Below the pieces are notes generated by a model. The model did not search any database. It saw only the letters and a program-made list of their open reading frames with translations, and was not told the origin of the DNA. Shown here in pieces: positions 1-9,716 of a stretch of DNA of 64,000 bases. Origin of the DNA: a virus (Duplodnaviria; Caudoviricetes). Both the position numbers and the translations under genes were made by a program. Location of the stretch: positions 13,946 to 77,945 of IMG/VR virus record IMGVR_UViG_3300033069_001711. One strand, given 5' to 3'. The number at the start of each line of letters is the position of its first letter. Position 1 is the first letter of the stretch.

Positions 1-1
1 A

Positions 2-520
2 ATCAGTAATAGCGCTATCGCTTTGAACAGAAACAAAATTTGATTCGTTATCGAACAAAGGAACAACGTTGGTCAACATCACAATTTCAGGTCGCTCGTG
101 CGCAATTCCTGTCAACTGCTCAAAAGGTTGAAATTTAGTCGTAGTTGTCGCAAATGTTTGATTGATACGAGGATCAAAAACTTGACCGGCATCAAGTGAC
201 AAGGCATGCGTCGGCATCAATCTTACATTGCCGTTGTACATCGGCATGATAAGCGAAACTTTATTGGACGAAATTGAGTCAGAGAGTCTTCCCAAAGAAG
301 GTCTAGAAACTTTGAGTGTTGACACACTAGACAAATCATTTGATTTCAACAGCACCGGAGAAGAGAGCATTGCCTGTGAAGCCGGTAAAGGAGTCTTCAC
401 ATTAACTGCAGAAGTCTGTTGTTGAATCAAAAATTGATTGCTGCTTGCTGTGGCAGGTTGGACAGAAACGTTCGCAAGCTTTGCAAAGCTGTCATTGTTT
501 GTTCGTAGTGTATTAATCAT
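2..520 (-). CDS. hypothetical protein, N-terminal part (runs off the left edge); probable virion protein
   Basis: My own translation: ATG at 520 overlaps the TGA of the 824-aa ORF (ATGA). The frame is open to the window edge (MINTLRTNNDSFAKLANV...HERPEIVMLTNVVPLFDNE). It is absent from the ORF track because it has no stop inside the window. Confidence 0.8.
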   Translation of the reverse strand, partial: MINTLRTNNDSFAKLANVSVQPATASSNQFLIQQQTSAVNVKTPLPASQAMLSSPVLLKSNDLSSVSTLKVSRPSLGRLSDSISSNKVSLIMPMYNGNVRLMPTHALSLDAGQVFDPRINQTFATTTTKFQPFEQLTGIAHERPEIVMLTNVVPLFDNESNFVSVQSDSAITD

Positions 521-2991
521 TTTGACTCTACGATAAGTGTATTCGTCATCGCCGCGGGACCCTCTTTGTAATCATTCATGATCGGAATGATGACATATTT
601 CAATGCCCCGGCATCACGATTTTGGACTTTGTGTAAATATTGACAACTTCCATACTCAAACTCTCCATGAGTTTTGCCAAGAAGCGTTCGCATGCCATGA
701 ATTTCTTTGAAAATCAAAAAATGATCAATCCGGTGAACGTTACCAAGAATTTTCCAAGACACAAGGTTCAAATATCGATCAAAAATAGCAGCTTCTGGAT
801 CGATGATCTTTGCGGCATCTTCATCAAATGAAACCTCGATATTGACCGGTGAACCTATGATGCCATATGCCATCGGATCTTTGCCATAACGTTTCTTTGC
901 ACCTGCAGAAGAAACCAGCACGCCTCTGTCCAATGTCAAGGGATGCAAAAATTTTGCAGGTGACCATCGATACGGTTTTTTGGTGACAGAGTCAATGGAT
1001 TCTTTGACAAATGAATCAAACATCGTTTCCGGAGCACGCAACAATGGGTAAATTTCATAACGATATCGATGACCGTATTGCAATTGGCCAATAGATTGAT
1101 TTTTTCTAAGTACAGAATCATTAAAATCAGCTTGTGTCAATACACCGAATGAATCGACATGACCCGTATTTAGATCAATACGTTTGACACTATGCGCAAT
1201 GAGATTTTGAAGTTGATCGCGTTGCGTCAATATGTCATCTGTAAAGTACGACAATAAACCTTGTCGCTCAAGCATGCGTTTGACCGCGTCGATGTCTGTA
1301 TCAATAGTTCGAGTGTTGATATTGAATGATACGTTAGGAACATTCGAATCATGGTCAACTGTTAGATCTGTGACTCGAACATCGACAGTTCCAGGGGAAG
1401 GTTTGATAAACTCAACAATTGTCTTGCCGTATACTTCAACATTTCCATCGACGTAAATAAGTCGAACACTGTATCCGTATGTCACACCGGGCGTCACGCC
1501 ACTGTCAATTGTAGAGACTAAGTCTAGACGTCTAACGTCATCACTAATGAATCCAATTTCTTCATTGATGACCGTGTACTCTTTTTCAAAAGAAGTCAAG
1601 TTGAGTCGTAAAAATTGAACAGCGACGACCTTGGGAGGAATGCGACGAATTTCAAGTTTGACACCGTTATCAACTTGATCAGCTACTAATGATACCGCTC
1701 TAGGAGGAGTGTATCTGGCTGGCTTTAAAGCCACATTAGAATATTCGAATCCCATCATTGATTGGAGACCCCTAGAGATGACTCGATAAATAATGGGTGA
1801 TGATCTAGGTTGATCAACTTGGACCAATAGACTTTGATCCGTAGACTTTAAGTCATAAGTTCCAATCAAAGTGTAATCTTCAATTTCAGGCGAAGCAATC
1901 CAGATGGATTTTTTGTAGACCAGGACTTCTGTCGCGCCAGGGTCAACTTGCTTGATTTCCAAATTCACTCGAGTTGAAATATCAGAACCAGTTGCTTTGA
2001 CACGAGGGGGAACTTTAGGGGTATAGTAAATTCTGACATGTTGTGATATGTCAAGAACTTTAGTAACCGTATCGATCGGCAAAGAACTCTCTGAGTCGAT
2101 GAGATCAAATTTGACAAAAACCTGAGTAACATCGCCGCCGCTTTGCGTCAATTTTCGTCGTGGAATAGTGATTTTTACCGGAACAGCTACATAATCACTC
2201 GACAAATTTTGCAATACCGTGACGAGCTCGCCGTCAACTACTTGATTGGTCAGTGTAGGAGGTAAGCTGTAAATCGGAGGAAACAAATAGTGATTGAGTA
2301 ATCTAGACGCTGGGTCTGTATTCAATTCCACACCTCCCATGATGGTTGTCAAGCCACCTTTTGTCTCTTGTTCTGATGACGTTCGAGATGACAAATTGAT
2401 CACGTGTGAAGGATCTAATCCTTGTCTATTGATCATGTCTAACATCAACTGTTGAGGGTCTTCATTGAAAGAAGCAGTCAATGCATGATTGACATCTGGA
2501 ACTGCCATGGAATTAGCGATTCGATGTAAAATTGGTTGGACGTCATTGGCGTCTTTCGTGCTGCCAGCAGTCGCCAACATCAATCCAGGACGATTCAATG
2601 ATCCAATTTGACTGATCGGCATGCGCGAACTCAGTTGAGCCACGATGTCATTACTAACATAAGCAGTGATATCACTCTCTCGCTGTGCCAACACATACTG
2701 ACTTTGCGTAATGGTAGCCATCTTAGCGTCTTGAACCGCTGATCGAATGTTATTGACCAGAGACGCAGAATTTGACTTAACCTGAGTGTTTGTCAATAAG
2801 GATTTTTTGACAATTTGTCGTGATTCAACACTGACCAAGACTCGCGTTGCCTTACGTGAGATGGCTTCTTTTTGTGAAACAACATAGATGAACTCAAATT
2901 CAAGATCATCATTCTCTAGAACTGTTTTGAGATGAGCAAAATTCTCATCAACCTGCAACAATTGACCCGCTTTTTGAAACCTAAAATACAT
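517..2991 (-). CDS. large hypothetical protein, probably structural (beta-rich, FN3/Ig-like segments)
   Basis: 824-aa ORF with beta-strand patterns such as GVTYGYSVRLIY and HRYRYEIYPL; lies in an operon with other virion-like genes. Confidence 0.6.
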   Translation of the reverse strand: MYFRFQKAGQLLQVDENFAHLKTVLENDDLEFEFIYVVSQKEAISRKATRVLVSVESRQIVKKSLLTNTQVKSNSASLVNNIRSAVQDAKMATITQSQYVLAQRESDITAYVSNDIVAQLSSRMPISQIGSLNRPGLMLATAGSTKDANDVQPILHRIANSMAVPDVNHALTASFNEDPQQLMLDMINRQGLDPSHVINLSSRTSSEQETKGGLTTIMGGVELNTDPASRLLNHYLFPPIYSLPPTLTNQVVDGELVTVLQNLSSDYVAVPVKITIPRRKLTQSGGDVTQVFVKFDLIDSESSLPIDTVTKVLDISQHVRIYYTPKVPPRVKATGSDISTRVNLEIKQVDPGATEVLVYKKSIWIASPEIEDYTLIGTYDLKSTDQSLLVQVDQPRSSPIIYRVISRGLQSMMGFEYSNVALKPARYTPPRAVSLVADQVDNGVKLEIRRIPPKVVAVQFLRLNLTSFEKEYTVINEEIGFISDDVRRLDLVSTIDSGVTPGVTYGYSVRLIYVDGNVEVYGKTIVEFIKPSPGTVDVRVTDLTVDHDSNVPNVSFNINTRTIDTDIDAVKRMLERQGLLSYFTDDILTQRDQLQNLIAHSVKRIDLNTGHVDSFGVLTQADFNDSVLRKNQSIGQLQYGHRYRYEIYPLLRAPETMFDSFVKESIDSVTKKPYRWSPAKFLHPLTLDRGVLVSSAGAKKRYGKDPMAYGIIGSPVNIEVSFDEDAAKIIDPEAAIFDRYLNLVSWKILGNVHRIDHFLIFKEIHGMRTLLGKTHGEFEYGSCQYLHKVQNRDAGALKYVIIPIMNDYKEGPAAMTNTLIVESK

Positions 2992-2999
2992 GTTTCAGT

Positions 3000-4007
3000 T
3001 CACTCAAAGACAAGGGTAAAAAGGTGTAAAAACGTATCAGTGCCTTTGTCATCTACGACAACTTTTCCTACAAAGAAAATTTGAGAAACTGGGGCGTTGG
3101 GATTACCAGTGGTGAAAGTTCCAAATTCGACTACATCGAGTTTTTTCAGAACGTTTCTTGTTTTTTCAAAGAATTGTCCAATCAAACGATTGTCGCGCGA
3201 TGTTGGATCAATGTTAATGGTTCTCATATACCCAAGTTGAGTGTAGTAATTCAACTCAGACATTACTTGTGCATATGACAAACCACCCACGTGGGTCCTT
3301 CCCCATGGGGTATAACATCCAAAATTTCTATCTTTGAATGCACGAGGATCACTCTTGTCAAGAGATTGATCGCTCAATTTATTGATAGGCGGCAAGTACT
3401 TGAAATTTGGAAGACTACTAAAACGAGGATCACTAAAGATGCTATCAGTTGACCCTACGTGAGCAGTATGTTGATTTGGATCACTAATCGGTCGATCATT
3501 TGTGATCACAAATTCAACTTGATCTGGGCCCAAACCAAATTCTTCATCCTCAAAAATTTTGTCTTTTGTGGCGATCAGGTACAATTTTTTGAAATTTTCT
3601 AATGAAGAAGCTAACAAAGTGTTAGCAACTGAAGCAAAATTGCTGCCAGTCAAAGATGAAACACTTTGTGAAGAACCTTCAATAACAGAACCCGTCGTTG
3701 CCGAAAAAGAGTATTCTAGAATGCGACCGCCGGCGACTTGAACGCCGTCACTATTCCTAAAAGGCAACAAATTTCCGTCATCATCTGCTCGAAAAACAAT
3801 ATCATCTTGCGGCAGTTGACACGATTCAAGATACAGTCGTTTTGTCGCGTCTTGACTGCCGCTGATAAGATCTGGTCTGTAAAAACCGGCAGCGTCAGTA
3901 AAACTGACATATTGAACATCAATGCCACCAAGGGCTAGTTGGCGACGGCCTTCTGTGGTGATCACTGTGTCAAGAACACGTGATTTGCTATCAAGGATAC
4001 CAGACAT
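3000..4007 (-). CDS. putative virion (baseplate/tail-associated) protein
   Basis: N-terminus MSGILDSKSRVLDTVITTEGRRQLA resembles the MG(Y/F)LD...D(A/T)(I/V)LT..GR..LA starts I recall from structural proteins of large myophages. Confidence 0.5.
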   Translation of the reverse strand: MSGILDSKSRVLDTVITTEGRRQLALGGIDVQYVSFTDAAGFYRPDLISGSQDATKRLYLESCQLPQDDIVFRADDDGNLLPFRNSDGVQVAGGRILEYSFSATTGSVIEGSSQSVSSLTGSNFASVANTLLASSLENFKKLYLIATKDKIFEDEEFGLGPDQVEFVITNDRPISDPNQHTAHVGSTDSIFSDPRFSSLPNFKYLPPINKLSDQSLDKSDPRAFKDRNFGCYTPWGRTHVGGLSYAQVMSELNYYTQLGYMRTINIDPTSRDNRLIGQFFEKTRNVLKKLDVVEFGTFTTGNPNAPVSQIFFVGKVVVDDKGTDTFLHLFTLVFE

Positions 4008-4063
4008 TCTACTGTGACAAATATAACACAGCTAGAATCTCATGGCTGACTCATGTCAATGAA

Positions 4064-5086
4064 TCAAACAGAATCTGCACGTCTTGCTTTGAAATATGAA
4101 CCAGATGCAACTGAGAGTGCATTTGAAGTAAGAGTGGCCGGTGCAGTACCAATGTTAATAGTTCCCGCACTTGAACCCACTTTCACAGTTCCGACAATTC
4201 GAACAGGAGAATGAGCTCCTGCGGTCAAACCAAAACCTTGTGTTGAAAGTGTATTGCCAGCAAATAAGATGCCTTGAACAAGAGAACTGGTGTTGGCGCC
4301 AATAGACGTAATTACGGCATCGACATTGCTGCCTGTAGGCGCCATGACAGCAAACCTTGCGCCAGCGGCATTAGTCGGACGAAAAGTTCCAATAAATTCG
4401 AATTCCCAAATTTCAGATGCATTGACAGAAAATCCAATTCCAGTAATGACCTGAGCGCCTGTCAAACCATTAGCAGTAGAAGAACCTGACAATGAAAAGA
4501 ACGTAGAGTTCAATCGCTGTGATACGACTGCGGTGTCTGTCGTTAAAGAATTTCTGCCATCAAATACTTGAACTCCCGTTGCTGCACCGGCAATGAAGAG
4601 ACCATACCCGTTAATGTACGTTTGAAAACTGTAATTGCCAAACGTTGTTACAGCACTAGAACCGTTGACAGTAATGACGGGATAATCACTACCGCCACTG
4701 TCAACGGCCATTATCACCTTATCGCCAAGTAACGGATTGATGAAAATTCTTGATGAACCTGAAAGATACAGATTCTGACTAGCTACGCTCCAAAATGAAC
4801 TGCTGACAGCTGTCAATGCAGTTATGGTACCGCTAGTTGCAGATACTGTTCCGGAAACAGTTAAAGCGCCGGTTACCTTATTGAAGGTAAGTCCGGAGTT
4901 TCCACCGATAGAACCGGAATCATTAAAAAGAACATGTGTATTCAAGCCAGGCGAAACAGCAGACGCAAAAAGATTAGCTACAGTAATTCTCTTGGTCGTC
5001 GGGCCGGTCAGATCTACGATTGGAATGATGTCAGTCGATGCTGCAGCTGACGTGGATGGTAAACTAGTGATCTTAATGTTCGTCAT
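4064..5086 (-). CDS. tail-fibre/decoration-like trimeric fibre protein with C-terminal beta-sandwich head
   Basis: N-terminal IKITSLP...DIIPIVD motif typical of fibre proteins; Ser/Thr/Gly-rich shaft; C-terminal domain paralogous to 60372..61166. Confidence 0.6.
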   Translation of the reverse strand: MTNIKITSLPSTSAAASTDIIPIVDLTGPTTKRITVANLFASAVSPGLNTHVLFNDSGSIGGNSGLTFNKVTGALTVSGTVSATSGTITALTAVSSSFWSVASQNLYLSGSSRIFINPLLGDKVIMAVDSGGSDYPVITVNGSSAVTTFGNYSFQTYINGYGLFIAGAATGVQVFDGRNSLTTDTAVVSQRLNSTFFSLSGSSTANGLTGAQVITGIGFSVNASEIWEFEFIGTFRPTNAAGARFAVMAPTGSNVDAVITSIGANTSSLVQGILFAGNTLSTQGFGLTAGAHSPVRIVGTVKVGSSAGTINIGTAPATLTSNALSVASGSYFKARRADSV

Positions 5087-5092
5087 GTCTAA

Positions 5093-5365
5093 TCATCCCA
5101 ATTGTTCTGTGATCAATTGATCACTACCTTCTGTCACCAAAAAACTACCATCCTCTGACAACATCGGTTGTTCTGCCGGCGGTGTCAGAGGAATTATGCG
5201 CATCATGACAGGTTGAGATCTTACGGACGAATACGATTTTCGAAATCTCGTCAAATCACGTTCTGTGTCTAATGATCTAGTAGTCGTTGGTACAAGAACA
5301 GGTGACTGTCTCGAATATGAATACGTTTTTTTGAATCTGGTTAGATCTTGAATGCGCCGACTCAT
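5093..5365 (-). CDS. small protein with internal duplicated motif and LxxEDGxxLxTE tail
   Basis: DLTRFKKTYSYSRQSPV and DLTRFRKSYSSVRSQPV repeat; C-terminal MLSEDGSFLVTEGSDQLITE; TATTTA motif upstream. Confidence 0.7.
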   Translation of the reverse strand: MSRRIQDLTRFKKTYSYSRQSPVLVPTTTRSLDTERDLTRFRKSYSSVRSQPVMMRIIPLTPPAEQPMLSEDGSFLVTEGSDQLITEQLG

Positions 5366-5421
5366 CTTATGTTGGACTTAAATAGTCCTTCCCAAACAAG
5401 TCGGCCCCACGATCATCAGTA

Positions 5422-6828
5422 TTAGAGAATCTTAGAGGCGAGAGTAGCAAGCTCTGATCTTTCGCCTTTCAACAACGTAACGTGACCGGCGATCGGATAG
5501 TCTTTAAATTTCTCCACCGCATACGAAAGACCGTTAGTAAAAACGTCAACATGAACATTGTCAATTTGTTCAATGTCGCCTGTCAAGACAATCTTTGTGT
5601 TATCACCAACACGAGTAATGATTGTCTTCAATTCATGCATTGACAAATTTTGCGCTTCATCAATGACAATGAAAGCATTTGGGATCGATCGACCACGAAT
5701 GAAAGTGATGGCCTCGATCTCAATCAAGCCTTTTTCTTGCATTATTTGCAAGTAGACATCGTCTGACTTAATTCCGACAGGAGGTCCACCACCTGGACGT
5801 GTTTTCTTTGGACGATTTCTGCGACTGTCCATTAGAAAGTTCAAATTATCTCTAACGGGAGCGATCCATGGTTCCATTTTTTCTTGCATGGTTCCTGGGA
5901 GGAATCCGATATCCTTGCCCACGGGCTGAACAGGACGGGTGACGATAAGTTTATCGTATTTTGCCATGTTCGAATCACCTAAACCCTTGAGTTGTTCAAG
6001 AGCTGCGGCAAGAGCAAGCAATGTCTTGCCCGTTCCACTGGGTCCGACCAATGTCAGTAATTTGATGTTTTCGTCAAACAACAAATCTAAAGAAAATGAC
6101 TGCTCTTTATTTCGAGGTTTCAAACCATATGCATGCTCAATCTTAGCGATGGGTACCAATGGTTGTTTAGGATCAGTACATTTAGCAATTGCAGATTTGA
6201 CAGTCTGACCGTCTACTACATTTTTGAGAACCACGATCTGATTGGGGTAAAGTTGCTGGCCTTTGAGGACCTGATCAGGCAACTCGACCTTTCCGTTGAG
6301 GTAGAAATAATCTACTAGTTCTTCGCCAACCTCAATTACCTCAACACCACGAAAAAACTTCTGTGGGTCATCTGCTACACGCAACTTGAGATAATCTTCG
6401 CACTTGATGCCCAAGCTATCGCACTTGATTCGAACGTTAATGTCTTTTGAAACTAACGTGGCATCTTTGTAATTCAGAGCAAATGCAATAATCAAATTAT
6501 CCGGTTTGTCTGATTGAAGATCTGTAGGGATCTTCTTAGACCATGACGGATCATTGGCTACCACCGACAATGTACCGCCTTCCTTAAGTTGGATTCCTTG
6601 AATCAGGCTGCCACGAACTCTCAAGTTATCGAGAGTTCGAGTAATCTGTCGAGCGTTTTTTCCAACCTCGTCCGGACGACTCTTGTGACGATCAAGCTCT
6701 TCAAGAACAACCATCGGAATGATTACATTGTGTTCTTCAAAAGAAAAGATCGAATTCGGATCGCTCAGCAGAACGTTAGTGTCTAGGACAAATGTTCTCT
6801 TGTCGGTCATGACCTTTTCTTTCTTCAT
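5422..6828 (-). CDS. phoH: PIN-domain PhoH-family ATPase (PhoH2/YlaK type)
   Basis: N-terminal PIN (FVLDTNVLL...EELD...DNLI...SKDINVRIK); Walker A GPSGTGKT; GFLPGTMQEKMEPW, FIRGRSI, IDEAQN and GDIEQID motifs. The start is probably 6828 or 6810 rather than 6939. Confidence 0.93.
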   Translation of the reverse strand: MKKEKVMTDKRTFVLDTNVLLSDPNSIFSFEEHNVIIPMVVLEELDRHKSRPDEVGKNARQITRTLDNLRVRGSLIQGIQLKEGGTLSVVANDPSWSKKIPTDLQSDKPDNLIIAFALNYKDATLVSKDINVRIKCDSLGIKCEDYLKLRVADDPQKFFRGVEVIEVGEELVDYFYLNGKVELPDQVLKGQQLYPNQIVVLKNVVDGQTVKSAIAKCTDPKQPLVPIAKIEHAYGLKPRNKEQSFSLDLLFDENIKLLTLVGPSGTGKTLLALAAALEQLKGLGDSNMAKYDKLIVTRPVQPVGKDIGFLPGTMQEKMEPWIAPVRDNLNFLMDSRRNRPKKTRPGGGPPVGIKSDDVYLQIMQEKGLIEIEAITFIRGRSIPNAFIVIDEAQNLSMHELKTIITRVGDNTKIVLTGDIEQIDNVHVDVFTNGLSYAVEKFKDYPIAGHVTLLKGERSELATLASKIL

Positions 6829-6925
6829 CTGGATGCGCTTCATATGTTTATTGTGTTTTCCTATCGGTTTCTTGTACACCGATCTACTCTGGTTGACAGT
6901 ATAACCATCTAGTGACGGATGACTA

Positions 6926-7210
6926 ATGCAAGACAACAAGAGAAGACTTAAAGTAATGCAGACTAAAGAGGCGACAAAAGTCCTCGATGGAACAACGTGT
7001 TTTGCAGTTCATGCCAAAGCAGGCGTTGATTGTCAACGTAAACGGTGTCAACATTGGATCGATCATTCAGAAGGACACAATTGTGTCATGATCGCGGTGC
7101 AAGACGGCCCTCATACCTTGCAACAAATTGGTCAAATCTATGGATTGACACGAATGAGAATTTGTCAGGTTGAAAAGAGTATCTTTGAAAAGATTCGAAA
7201 AGTCAGCTAG
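6926..7210 (+). CDS. small protein: Cys/His-rich N-terminus plus sigma70 region-4-like HTH
   Basis: TLQQIGQIYGLTRMRICQVEKSIFEKIRK matches the sigma70 r4.2 pattern TLEEIG..(F/Y)GVTRERIRQIE.KA..KLR. N-terminus CFAVH...CQRKRCQHW...HNC. Confidence 0.75.
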   Translation: MQDNKRRLKVMQTKEATKVLDGTTCFAVHAKAGVDCQRKRCQHWIDHSEGHNCVMIAVQDGPHTLQQIGQIYGLTRMRICQVEKSIFEKIRKVS

Positions 7211-7580
7211 AAGGTTTGTCTTCTGATTTCTTTGAATCTTTTTCTTTGACAGTTTTTTCCACAGATTTCTCTGCTTTTTTAGCATCTGTCTTTTTAGTTT
7301 CAGGTTTTACAGCCACGATTGGTTGAGTTGTTTCTTCAACATTGGATGCTGTGACCTGTTCAATTTCGAGCTCTTGTTGAGAAACAACTTCTTCCGGCGC
7401 TGGTGTTGGCTCTACGACTGGCACATTGTTTTGTTCAGGTTCAGTTTGCGCCGGTTCAACTACTGAGTCTGTAGATGTTTCCAGACGTTTGTATCGTGCG
7501 TTAATAACATGAGCCTCTGACGGATCAAGACCTAGTTCCATAATGTCAGTAAGAATCGCTCGTTGAGTACGTGTTGCCAT
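7203..7580 (-). CDS. hypothetical protein, Glu/Pro/Thr-rich middle and Lys-rich tail
   Basis: 125-aa ORF with SD (GGAG) and an upstream TATTTA motif. Confidence 0.75.
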   Translation of the reverse strand: MATRTQRAILTDIMELGLDPSEAHVINARYKRLETSTDSVVEPAQTEPEQNNVPVVEPTPAPEEVVSQQELEIEQVTASNVEETTQPIVAVKPETKKTDAKKAEKSVEKTVKEKDSKKSEDKPSS

Positions 7581-7621
7581 GTCTTGTGTTGTCTCCTGAG
7601 GTTAAATAGGTTGCTAGAAAC

Positions 7622-7657
7622 GACGAAGCCCCAGCATACATGCTGAGGCCTTCATCA
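7622..7657 (-). terminator. intrinsic terminator-like hairpin downstream of the Hc1 gene
   Basis: The minus strand reads GATGAAGGCCTCAGCATGTATGCTGGGGCTTCGTC followed by GTTTCT: a long stem with G-U pairs. Confidence 0.6.
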
Positions 7658-7675
7658 TTGGTTTATTTGGTCTTT

Positions 7676-7909
7676 TCAGGCCTTAGGCTTCTTTGCCCGA
7701 GGTGGCTTTGTCGCGCGCTTTGACTTGTCAAGATCTACCGTCGTCTTTACGAGTTCAGCAGCCTTGGTTTTCAAATCACGCAAACCTTTTCGAGCTCGAA
7801 CACCTGCTGCTGCAACTCCTTTTGCGTTCTTGACAACGTCAAGTTCAAGAGTATCAACAAGCGCCTTCAATTCCGTCCATTTTGCAATGACTGGGTTATC
7901 AGATTCCAT
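7676..7909 (-). CDS. histone H1-like nucleoid protein (Hc1 family)
   Basis: KNAKGVAAAGVRARKGLRDLK matches the Hc1 core (GNKAAGxRARK); basic tail KSKRATKPPRAKKPKA; strong SD GGAGG. Confidence 0.8.
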   Translation of the reverse strand: MESDNPVIAKWTELKALVDTLELDVVKNAKGVAAAGVRARKGLRDLKTKAAELVKTTVDLDKSKRATKPPRAKKPKA

Positions 7910-7989
7910 CTATTCATTACCTCCTACGATAAGTATATCGCTCAGAGAGTGTCGTAAAACAAATGGTGCCTCTAGCGCGCTCTACGAGG

Positions 7990-9690
7990 TTATGTCAATG
8001 CAGCTGAAAATTCATCTGGGAACATCGAGCGATTGGTCTTAAAAAATCTTTCCCAATCTGAATCTAGGATGTATGAAATTGCATGATCATCAAAATTTCT
8101 GATCGATCGACCAAAGGCTTGAATGACAGCTCTAGCTGTCTGACACTGATACCAATTGAGGATTCGATTTTTTCTCAATTGAATGACCTTGTCACCCAAG
8201 TATGGAAAAGGTACCTTACAAAGAATCTGAAAGCGACTATAGTCGTCAGACAAATCGACGCCTTCCATCATTGATGGGCTGATCAACACTGTTGGGTCTG
8301 GCGAAGACAGATGAAATTCGATCATCTGTTCGCGATTTTCACTACCGTGGAGTAATAAGCGAGGTGATTTAATTGTGTCGACAATCTCTTTAGCGATTCT
8401 GTAATTGACACAATGAATGATGCCTTTGTCCTTCTTGTGAAGTTCAAGAAGTTGTTTGACCACTTTGATCATGTTTGGTAACGTGGTATCGATGTTGTCC
8501 TTCGACATGCTTCCCACTCCCAAATAATGAATTGGTCTATTTTTCACCGGAAAAGGTGAAGGAATGTGAAGAAATGCTACATCTTCTGCAGGAACTCCCA
8601 CAGATTTACAGAAGGTTTCTTTGTCCACCACGGTTGCAGACATCATAACAATGCGACTGCCGTACTTGTAAAGTAAGTCGCTGCCCCAAGATGAAACGTC
8701 TATCGGTTTGAATTCAAACTTGCGGCCGCCACGAGTTTCTCCAGGAGGTGGTCTGACAAAATTCATGATCCAATTGTCAGGACTATAGACTTCAATGAAT
8801 CGATTGACTTTGCACATGTGCTTATCAAGCATCTCGTACTTCTTTGAGTACTCAGTCAATTCCGGACTTCCATCAGCGCTGAAGTTTTCGTTTAACTTCT
8901 TTTCGATGGCATTCATATGCTTGCTCAAGGCACGTTTGTATCCATTTTTGATCCAGTCAAAAACAGACTCTGCAGAATCCAACCGCGGAATTTTACAGTT
9001 CAAAACTGTTTTTGCAAAACGTTCAGAAAAAGTCACTTCAATGAACTTGCCCAGTTCATTCTCGATGTTATGACATTCATCAATGACTAAAAGACTTCGT
9101 GCACGCAATTGTTTAGCATACATTGTCTCGGCGAGAAAATAGGAAAAGTTGGTAATTCCAATTGGAAATTCCATGAATTCCTGTTTGTCAAGTGTGTATG
9201 GACAGCTTCCTCGACAACACTTGAAAAATTCAGTGCCTGCAAGTTGCTGGCCCATTTGTTTGAGAAGTCGCCGAGATTCTGCACAACTTTGATCATTGTA
9301 GAATCTACATTGATAGTTGTTAGCTGATTTCAAGGACCTCATCAGATTTTTACCAGATGATGGACCAAAGTCATCCATGTATTGTGCTTGAAGAATTTTC
9401 TGTGTGGTCAGGATATAACTGCCTGTCGTATCAACAGGATCACCATTTTCCTGATCAGAAACGGATGGAGCATATGTCACTCCACCATGTTCAGCAAGGT
9501 ACCTTGACAGGGTAATTCCGATGGCTGATTTGCCAACACCGGTCCCAAGTTCTAAAATGACGAAGCGTTTCTTTTGAACTAAAAAAGCATCAAGCGCGAA
9601 CTCAATTGCCTTTCGTTGTTCATCCCGAATGTTAGAAAATGGAAAAAATGGGACATAATCGGGAAGTGTCATCTCTGCCCAATGTAACAT
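7990..9690 (-). CDS. DinG/XPD-family SF2 helicase with probable Fe-S cluster
   Basis: Q motif (IRDEQ), Walker A GTGVGKS, DECH, MSAT, EGVDL, and QAFGRSIR motif VI; Cys cluster CRFY...CAES...CCRGSCPY. Confidence 0.9.
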   Translation of the reverse strand: MLHWAEMTLPDYVPFFPFSNIRDEQRKAIEFALDAFLVQKKRFVILELGTGVGKSAIGITLSRYLAEHGGVTYAPSVSDQENGDPVDTTGSYILTTQKILQAQYMDDFGPSSGKNLMRSLKSANNYQCRFYNDQSCAESRRLLKQMGQQLAGTEFFKCCRGSCPYTLDKQEFMEFPIGITNFSYFLAETMYAKQLRARSLLVIDECHNIENELGKFIEVTFSERFAKTVLNCKIPRLDSAESVFDWIKNGYKRALSKHMNAIEKKLNENFSADGSPELTEYSKKYEMLDKHMCKVNRFIEVYSPDNWIMNFVRPPPGETRGGRKFEFKPIDVSSWGSDLLYKYGSRIVMMSATVVDKETFCKSVGVPAEDVAFLHIPSPFPVKNRPIHYLGVGSMSKDNIDTTLPNMIKVVKQLLELHKKDKGIIHCVNYRIAKEIVDTIKSPRLLLHGSENREQMIEFHLSSPDPTVLISPSMMEGVDLSDDYSRFQILCKVPFPYLGDKVIQLRKNRILNWYQCQTARAVIQAFGRSIRNFDDHAISYILDSDWERFFKTNRSMFPDEFSAALT

Positions 9691-9716
9691 TCACCATCAG
9701 AATTCTACACATGTCT

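Noticed and set aside
228-425. ORF-track 65-aa plus-strand ORF
   Set aside because: It is the antisense shadow of the real minus-strand gene starting at 520.
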